From assembly GCA_003144275.1 (NCBI GenBank), contig NJBF01000001.1, positions 1-32,000 of the forward strand: a stretch of DNA of 32,000 nucleotides, in the 5' to 3' direction. The position numbers were made by a program, and so were the translations under genes. Below are positions 25,767-32,000 of this stretch, in pieces. This DNA is from Candidatus Heimdallarchaeota archaeon B3_Heim (GTDB taxonomy: Archaea > Asgardarchaeota > Heimdallarchaeia > Hodarchaeales > Hodarchaeaceae). Below the pieces are notes generated by a model. That model did no database searches. It was not told where the DNA came from and saw nothing but the letters and a program-made list of their open reading frames with translations. Position 1 is the stretch's first letter; every line of letters begins with the position of its first letter.

Positions 25767-26876
25767 GTGTCAGTGATGTTTATGTCTCCACAATGCATTG
25801 CGTGTGGGGAGAATGAAGAATTCTTCCAGCATTTGTGTCAATCATGCTATTTGGAATCCAATCCAATCTTGAAAAAAAAGAAGGATTTGGAATTTGTAGT
25901 ATGTATGACTTGTGGTTTGCTTGCGTCCAAAGGCCATTGGACCAAATTTTTCATGAATGACTTGAATTCATCAAAAATCTATCCGAAACTAGCGAATTTC
26001 GTTAATCAGGAATGGAAATTCCATTATCGTCCAAGTAAAATTGAAGTAAAACATACTGAGCAGATTTATAATGAAGATGATGAATTAATTTCTGTTCACG
26101 GAATGGTTGTTATTTCTGCTAGCCCTGACCCTTTTGTTCCTTTATCAACTATTCAAGAGGATTTTGTTATTAATATTAACTGGGGTGATTGTTCTGATTG
26201 CCAAACACGTTCAAGTGGTTTATATATTTCTAAGATACAAGTAAGAGCTCAGAACGAAACTACATCAGAAGAATTAGATAATTGGGGTAGTGAAATAGAT
26301 AAAATAAGTAAAGAATTCCCCCTTTCGGATGGTAAAAATCCCCTTTTCAGATTAATTCAAATTAAAAATGGTCTTGATGCTCTTTTCCGTTCAAAATCAG
26401 CAGCTCATTCTGTGGGAAGAATTTTCGCTAGAGATAAAGGTGGCCTTATTCAAGTAACGACGGAATTTGCTGGTTTTGATAAATCTAAATCTAAAGAATA
26501 TCCGAGGAAACAGGTTGTATCGGTTGCATTACCCAAGTATCGAGAAGGAGATTACATTCTAATCGATAAACATGTATTCAAAGTAGCTGGATATTCAAAT
26601 TTCAAAATAGCTTGCTTAGATGTCATGAATAAAACTCTAAGAAGAATGTCTATAAAATTATTCGATGAACTAAATCCAAAATCGTTAGATATGAATTTTG
26701 AGGAATATCAGATAATTCACTTTGAAACAGCAGAAAATTTAGCTGAAATAATGAATTTATCGAGCTATGACAATCAATTTGTCGATTCAACTGAACTACA
26801 GACCTTCTCAGAAGGAGATACCTTTTGGGGAATAGTTTATGAAGGAAGAATTATTCTGAAAGATCATTCCAAATAG
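25767..26876 (+). CDS. nmd3: NMD3 family large-subunit maturation protein
   Basis: CIACG...LCQSCY, VCMTCG, CSDC...SGLYISKIQVR, GLD..F.S..AA, followed by a C-terminal OB/KOW-like region. Confidence 0.9.
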   Translation: MSVMFMSPQCIACGENEEFFQHLCQSCYLESNPILKKKKDLEFVVCMTCGLLASKGHWTKFFMNDLNSSKIYPKLANFVNQEWKFHYRPSKIEVKHTEQIYNEDDELISVHGMVVISASPDPFVPLSTIQEDFVININWGDCSDCQTRSSGLYISKIQVRAQNETTSEELDNWGSEIDKISKEFPLSDGKNPLFRLIQIKNGLDALFRSKSAAHSVGRIFARDKGGLIQVTTEFAGFDKSKSKEYPRKQVVSVALPKYREGDYILIDKHVFKVAGYSNFKIACLDVMNKTLRRMSIKLFDELNPKSLDMNFEEYQIIHFETAENLAEIMNLSSYDNQFVDSTELQTFSEGDTFWGIVYEGRIILKDHSK

Positions 26877-26893
26877 AAAAGTGGTGGGATTCA

Positions 26894-28276
26894 TTGAAAG
26901 TTGATGAGAATCTGAAACAATACACCAATAGTATTCAGGTTGCTTCAAAAATTATCTCGTTTTATGAGAGGAAGCAAGTATCGTTAAGAAATGCAATGAA
27001 GATGTATCCAAAATTCTCGAGTGATGAGGACCGCTACTCGTATTCCCAAGTACATGCATTAGTCTTTGAAACTGTTCGTTTTCAAAATATTGCGAATCGG
27101 ATAATTCACCAGCAGATACAAAATCAATTCGCACAGAAGATTCCAGTAAATGTGAGGAATATTCTGAGAATTGTCATCTACCTTGTTGTCTTAGCACCGG
27201 AAAGTCCACAAAATCAATACTGGGATCTTTCTTGTCAAGATTTATTAAAATCACTTGATTTACAATTTTCAAAACACATTTTCTCTGATTTAAGCAATTA
27301 TTTAAACAAGTGGAAGTTGGAAATTCTTCTTGACACAATCAACGATAAAGAGGAGAAACTTGGTGTACAGTTCGCACATCCGACTTGGTTAGTTCGTGAT
27401 TTACTTAACTTCTATGGATTAGAACTGACTAAAAAAATTTTAGTAGCAAATAATAAAACATTGCCAGTGTATCTGAGATTGAATCTTTTGAAATTTGAGA
27501 AAAGTACGATTATTACTCAATTATCCAATGAAGGAGTTTCTATCGAATCAGATCCTATTCTGAATGATGTTGTGAAGGTTAAATCAACAGAAATCCCCCT
27601 ACCTCGCCTACCATCCTTTAAAAACGACTTGTATTATATGCAAACAAAAGGTTCTTCTTTAATATCTCATATCCTAGACCCGAAAAAAGGAGAAAAGATT
27701 CTTGATGCATGTGCCGCTCCAGGAGGAAAAACTACACACTTAGCCACTCTTCAAGGTGATTTAGGATTCATAGTTGCGACGGACAATCATCATCGAAGAA
27801 TGCAAGAGTTAGTAAGAAAAATTAATGTTTACAATCTGAAAAGCATTCATCCAGTACTATTTGATATGAGAATAGACAGAGTATTTCGAAACACTTTTGA
27901 TAAAATTCTTCTCGATGCACCATGTTCAGGTTCTGGCACATTTTCTTCTCGTCCAGATGCAAAATGGAGAATAGATAGGCATCAAGTCAAATGGCTAAGT
28001 AATCTACAGTATTCTCTTCTGAATAATGTTTCAAAAATGTTAACCAAAAATCAATCTTCATACTTAATTTATTCCACTTGTTCCCTCCTTCCGATGGAAA
28101 ATGAAGATGTGATTGAGCAATTCTTAACGACAAATCCTGATTTTGAATTAAAATCACAGAATTTGTACATCGGAACCCCAAGTCCGAAATTTCCACTTGC
28201 ACAACGGTTATTCCCACATATCAATGAAACTGAAGGATTTTCAATCTTTAAAATTGGTTATAAAGAATTTAACTGA
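26894..28276 (+). CDS. RsmB/NOP2-family RNA (cytosine-5)-methyltransferase with NusB-like N-terminus
   Basis: FAHPTWLV, RLNLLK, LDACAAPGGKTT, LLDAPCSGSG, YSTCSL..MENE, RLFPH....EGF.I. Confidence 0.95.
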   Translation: MKVDENLKQYTNSIQVASKIISFYERKQVSLRNAMKMYPKFSSDEDRYSYSQVHALVFETVRFQNIANRIIHQQIQNQFAQKIPVNVRNILRIVIYLVVLAPESPQNQYWDLSCQDLLKSLDLQFSKHIFSDLSNYLNKWKLEILLDTINDKEEKLGVQFAHPTWLVRDLLNFYGLELTKKILVANNKTLPVYLRLNLLKFEKSTIITQLSNEGVSIESDPILNDVVKVKSTEIPLPRLPSFKNDLYYMQTKGSSLISHILDPKKGEKILDACAAPGGKTTHLATLQGDLGFIVATDNHHRRMQELVRKINVYNLKSIHPVLFDMRIDRVFRNTFDKILLDAPCSGSGTFSSRPDAKWRIDRHQVKWLSNLQYSLLNNVSKMLTKNQSSYLIYSTCSLLPMENEDVIEQFLTTNPDFELKSQNLYIGTPSPKFPLAQRLFPHINETEGFSIFKIGYKEFN

Positions 28277-30827
28277 AGAATTCCATTAGGTTGACCTGGC
28301 CTGTAGATAATTCTTCTAGATCGATTTCTAATGCTCCTATTAATTGTTCAAAAATAGTATCGATCATTGATCTATAAGCTTTTATATCAATCTTGGATTT
28401 TTGTGACATAAGTTCTAAAGCGGTGACTCTATCGGAATTTTTAGTCTTTACAAATCTAATAAAGCGTCCAGATTTTATGAACTCAGCTGGCACAGATTTA
28501 TTTAGCGGTTTATTATGATGCTGTTTTTGAAACATCTCCTCCAGCTGCCATGCTGCTTTTACATGTTGTGCATTTACTAAGTACTTATGTAAAGGTTGTG
28601 TCATTTGCATAGAAATAGCAAGATCGTCATTTGAGTATTTACCTTTTTCTAATTTTCGATACACGCCACCAATATACTCTTTAACACGAGCTTCTGCAGC
28701 ATAAAACTCAGGTTCCGATTTGACCTCTGATAACTTCTTTAATACATTTTTAAATGCTTTCTGAAGAAATTGGGGAGTATTCCGTTTTTTTCCCATTAAT
28801 CCCTTTACATCAATCTCTGAATTTGGATAAACACCAAAATAATTTTTCTTGCGTTGAGAAAGAACTACATAACGATAGGTCTTTTCTACTTCAAGACTTA
28901 CTCCTAGTGACTCTTGACTCCAATTTATTATCTCTTGAATTTGCTCTTGTGTTGGGGATAGAAGAAAAACTGAGTCTGTATCTCCATAAAGAACCTTAAT
29001 GTTTAAACTTTGAGCTTTGGAAATTGTCCGTTCAATAGAATCTCTTCCGTAAGCAGTAGTAGCATCAGCAACAGGAAGACAGTATAAGAGAAAACGATCA
29101 CTTCCCAAAACACCGTAAGATGCATTAATTAAGACTTTAAGGCTTCTTTCCAGTATTTTATAATAATCCTGCTGAATTGACTTCTTTTTTGATTCTGGTT
29201 TCAACCATTGAACTCGAACATCTTTTATGAAACCGATAGTATCAGCGATAATTCCACGTTCTTTTTGACACACCCAATAGTTAGTTTGTGGAACTTTATT
29301 TTGTTTGCATTCCGAATGATTACATAAAATTGTTTCATAGCTTAAATTAAAGGCACTTATGATGGAAGGGTAAAGAGAAGCAAAATCTAAAACAGTAACA
29401 TCAAAATGAAGCCCTGGAACTGGATCAATCACTGTTGCTCCTTTGTATTTTTTTCCCTTGATAATTGCTTCAGAACTTCTAAACAAATTTTTTTCTTTTT
29501 GAATATCCGCTGCATTGGGGATCAAGTATCGTCTACGACGATGTTCTGAATAAAAAAGACTCTGTACCCAATTCGATACTGCTGTTCTTGTTAAATCGTC
29601 AATGGGAGTACGTGTCACACGAGAGAGCACAAATATCAATTTTAGAGGAGTATTATTATCAAATAATATAAGATCAAGAGTTATTTTCGCATCTCTTGCA
29701 CAATAATGAATTAACTCCCATTCTGTAAGTTGAGCAATCTCTTTTTGAAGTTTAATCTTTCCTACACCCAATAATGCTGATGCAATTGCATTTAGATTGG
29801 TTTCCTGATATTTATTTCCAAAAGCATATGTACGAATAGCCACATTCTGATAAAAACGATATAGATCAAGATGAATCCCTTTTTTTAGAGTACATTCCCT
29901 ATTCCGCCTATTCCATATAATAGGACTAAACGTATTGACCTTTAGTTCTCTTGCACGCTCATTTAAGTAAGGAAAATCAAAGTTATCTCCATTAAAAGAT
30001 ACAATAATTGGATAATCATTTAGGATCTCAAAAGCTCTTTTTATTAAATCTGCTTCATCTTTAAATCGAACAATATCAATTGATTGAGAATCATTATCAA
30101 TTTCTTGACCTTTGTCTACCTCTTCTCTCTCCAAAACGAGCGCAAAGGCACCGTTCAAATTATCAGAGAAACAGATGCAGGTGATCCTATGCCTTGGATC
30201 AGACGCTTGTGGAATCTGGTTTTCGGCATATTCGGTTTCGATATCACAAGATAAAATTGGGATATTGGGTATTTCTTGTGTGAAGTCGAAAACAAAATTA
30301 TTCAAGAGTCCTTCATATTTGTCTAGGTGAGTCATTACAGTTGTTGGAAGCGTTAGATCAGAATTTTGAGTATCAGGAATGAAAAATTTCTTTTTTTCTG
30401 CATTCCATCTGTATTTCCTACCTGGAACTAGTTGTTGGTCATAGAGCCAGTTACGATGATATTTTATTCTTGATTCCCAAGTTTCTCCTAATATCTCTCT
30501 TACTTTCGGAACTTCACTGGGAGTAGGCGTGAATATTTGTGTAAACGTAGAATCTACATTGTGCAGTAAATCACGTTTTTCAATAGTAGCAAGTCGCTTA
30601 ATGGTTCGTGAAGATATATTCCTTGCCTTAATATCCTGAATTGATTCCCTACTTAAACAATACGGTTCATGGTCAAATGGATCTGTAATATACACTATCT
30701 TACCTTTCTTAATATCAAGAAACTTTATTCCTGCTCCGTTGCTCTTTGCATCATAGACTGTGCTTAATAACAAATAATCTTTATTCGCTTCCAGACCAAA
30801 ATTATTTCCAGGTTCGATTTTACTCAT
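28269..30827 (-). CDS. polB1: Family B DNA polymerase, PolB1-type, with intact exonuclease motifs
   Basis: Exo motifs DIET, FNGDNFD and YCARD; polymerase motifs DFASLYPS, K.LINASYG and YGDTDS. The segment LYRFYQN.AIRTYAF..KY.E..L.AIA.ALLG is characteristic of PolB1. Confidence 0.95.
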   Translation of the reverse strand: MSKIEPGNNFGLEANKDYLLLSTVYDAKSNGAGIKFLDIKKGKIVYITDPFDHEPYCLSRESIQDIKARNISSRTIKRLATIEKRDLLHNVDSTFTQIFTPTPSEVPKVREILGETWESRIKYHRNWLYDQQLVPGRKYRWNAEKKKFFIPDTQNSDLTLPTTVMTHLDKYEGLLNNFVFDFTQEIPNIPILSCDIETEYAENQIPQASDPRHRITCICFSDNLNGAFALVLEREEVDKGQEIDNDSQSIDIVRFKDEADLIKRAFEILNDYPIIVSFNGDNFDFPYLNERARELKVNTFSPIIWNRRNRECTLKKGIHLDLYRFYQNVAIRTYAFGNKYQETNLNAIASALLGVGKIKLQKEIAQLTEWELIHYCARDAKITLDLILFDNNTPLKLIFVLSRVTRTPIDDLTRTAVSNWVQSLFYSEHRRRRYLIPNAADIQKEKNLFRSSEAIIKGKKYKGATVIDPVPGLHFDVTVLDFASLYPSIISAFNLSYETILCNHSECKQNKVPQTNYWVCQKERGIIADTIGFIKDVRVQWLKPESKKKSIQQDYYKILERSLKVLINASYGVLGSDRFLLYCLPVADATTAYGRDSIERTISKAQSLNIKVLYGDTDSVFLLSPTQEQIQEIINWSQESLGVSLEVEKTYRYVVLSQRKKNYFGVYPNSEIDVKGLMGKKRNTPQFLQKAFKNVLKKLSEVKSEPEFYAAEARVKEYIGGVYRKLEKGKYSNDDLAISMQMTQPLHKYLVNAQHVKAAWQLEEMFQKQHHNKPLNKSVPAEFIKSGRFIRFVKTKNSDRVTALELMSQKSKIDIKAYRSMIDTIFEQLIGALEIDLEELSTGQVNLMEFFS

Positions 30828-31051
30828 CTAGGAAACTCCTAGGTACTCTAAGACGCTATTGAATGACTGTTAACCTAATAGTTTATACTGAGATTACATA
30901 ACTTTTATGTTTTTATCCTGAAACACCATTTCATTTTTCACTTAAAAAATAATTAAAAGGAAATTTTTTAATTCCTTCATATATATTCCAATCTAACACT
31001 CATAAATCAGTTTGAGGAAGCAAATATTGGTCAAGATGGAAGTGAACACAT

Positions 31052-31396
31052 TTGTCTCAAGGGGAATTAAATGCTAAAAAAATTGAAACTTTGACCAAAG
31101 TAGCTAGACTTCTAGGTGATCAGATTCAGGCTCAGAGTAGAGCAATAAATAAGATTCAAAATGAAATTGATTGGATAAAAGAATCTCTTAAAAGAATCAT
31201 TAATGAAGAATTACCTGTAAAAGCTGAAGTGTTCCAAACAGAAGATGAAATCACCCCTGAAACCCTACAAGCTCAGGAACCTAGCGTAATTTCTTTTTCA
31301 GAAGAAGAAGGAGATAAGACTGCATCAAAAACTAAAAAATTACCTTCTGAAAAAGAAGAACTTAGACAGGCATTAAAGATCATTGATAATCTTTAA
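31052..31396 (+). CDS. Hypothetical coiled-coil protein with acidic linker and conserved-looking C-terminal helix
   Basis: Heptad-rich N-terminal half, E/S-rich linker, terminal EKEELRQALKIIDNL. Confidence 0.7.
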   Translation: MSQGELNAKKIETLTKVARLLGDQIQAQSRAINKIQNEIDWIKESLKRIINEELPVKAEVFQTEDEITPETLQAQEPSVISFSEEEGDKTASKTKKLPSEKEELRQALKIIDNL

Positions 31397-31437
31397 AAAT
31401 AACTCAGTGAACTCTTGAAGAGTCTCGAGAGTAAAAT

Positions 31438-32000
31438 CTAGCGTAGAATATAGCGTACAAGTTGCTTAATATCTAAGGGAATCCCTTCTTTATTCCCTAA
31501 TATGGTATTAGTGTAAGATCCGATTAGATCGGACCATTCCCATCTATCCAATTGGTATAGTTCTTCTTCTGGGGATTCTATCACTTTAATGATCCGTCTA
31601 TCAACATAATCATTCAATCGTCTTTGCAAATCCAATCTCTTTTCTGCAGGAATCCCTAGGATTTGGCTAATCTTTTCCTTTGATAGTGGTTGGTTGGTTC
31701 CCAGAAGAAAGAGGATCCAATTATCAGGAGACGCTAACAACGCTTTTACCACAGGACGGAGATCTATATCCATCCCAACTGAAACACCACCTGCTTTCAT
31801 CGTGATTTCTTTGGTAACTTTGTAGCTTAGCTCTTTACCCCCATCACCTTGCTCTTTTAAATTCACAAGGCGTTCTTTTAATAGATTAACTTCCTCACGA
31901 AGATTTGCAATGTCAGATGTTATTACCATACTGTCAGAGCTTTCTTCTAAAATTTCAGGTGAAACTGTTCCCCCTTCTCTCAATAGATTCTTTAATTCTT
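31438..32000 (-). CDS. Coiled-coil plus winged-helix protein, 5'-truncated by the window edge
   Basis: The frame stays open from 31983 to the window end (..ELKNLL-REGG..). A coiled coil (IANLREEVNLLKERL) precedes a wHTH-like LSKEKISQILGI...LQRRLNDYVDRRIIKV. Confidence 0.65.
   Translation of the reverse strand, partial: ELKNLLREGGTVSPEILEESSDSMVITSDIANLREEVNLLKERLVNLKEQGDGGKELSYKVTKEITMKAGGVSVGMDIDLRPVVKALLASPDNWILFLLGTNQPLSKEKISQILGIPAEKRLDLQRRLNDYVDRRIIKVIESPEEELYQLDRWEWSDLIGSYTNTILGNKEGIPLDIKQLVRYILR

Noticed and set aside
602-30330. Short antisense or nested ORFs in the track (e.g. 602-790, 1196-1579, 1808-1996, 2361-2606, 5214-5450, 7096-7377, 17052-17351, 18597-18836, 21629-21853, 25202-25432, 30112-30330)
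   Set aside because: They lie wholly within well-supported genes on the opposite strand or in another frame, and have no recognisable motifs. They are typical shadow ORFs.
1-32000. Mobile elements, CRISPR arrays, rRNA or further tRNAs
   Set aside because: No transposase/integrase ORFs, terminal repeats, regularly spaced direct repeats or additional T-loop/anticodon-arm patterns were recognised in the intergenic regions read by eye. A covariance-model scan would be needed to exclude small ncRNAs.

Overview
AT-rich archaeal genomic window, almost certainly from an Asgard archaeon. The evidence is archaeal ThrRS, GlyRS, aIF2alpha/beta, Nop10, GINS and PolB1 together with eukaryotic-signature genes: Arf-like GTPases, ubiquitin-system genes, an ESCRT-II-like gene and Roadblock proteins. 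The main item is a ~10 kb locus (2.3-12.5 kb) that appears to encode a complete ubiquitin-like conjugation cascade. It has a GG-ending modifier with mixed ubiquitin/UFM1 features, a UBA3-type E1, a canonical E2, a second divergent E2/UEV-like protein, a JAMM isopeptidase and a protein with UFL1-like winged helices plus two RING-like domains. These are flanked by a CCDC47-like membrane protein, two Arf-like GTPases, an SPFH protein and a Vps22/36-like protein. This suggests a membrane/translocon-linked, UFMylation-like quality-control system, which is inference from alignments made by eye against remembered sequences. Two features missing from the ORF track were found by reading the DNA: a nop10 gene, and a tRNA-Thr(GGU) split by three BHB-type introns (14/15, 37/38, 59/60). 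The rest comprises an MglB/MglA/Roadblock/TPR module next to a prepilin-type peptidase, a probable frameshifted TPR gene, a stand-alone A-ATPase subunit B, and translation, ribosome-biogenesis and replication genes. No mobile element or CRISPR array was seen.
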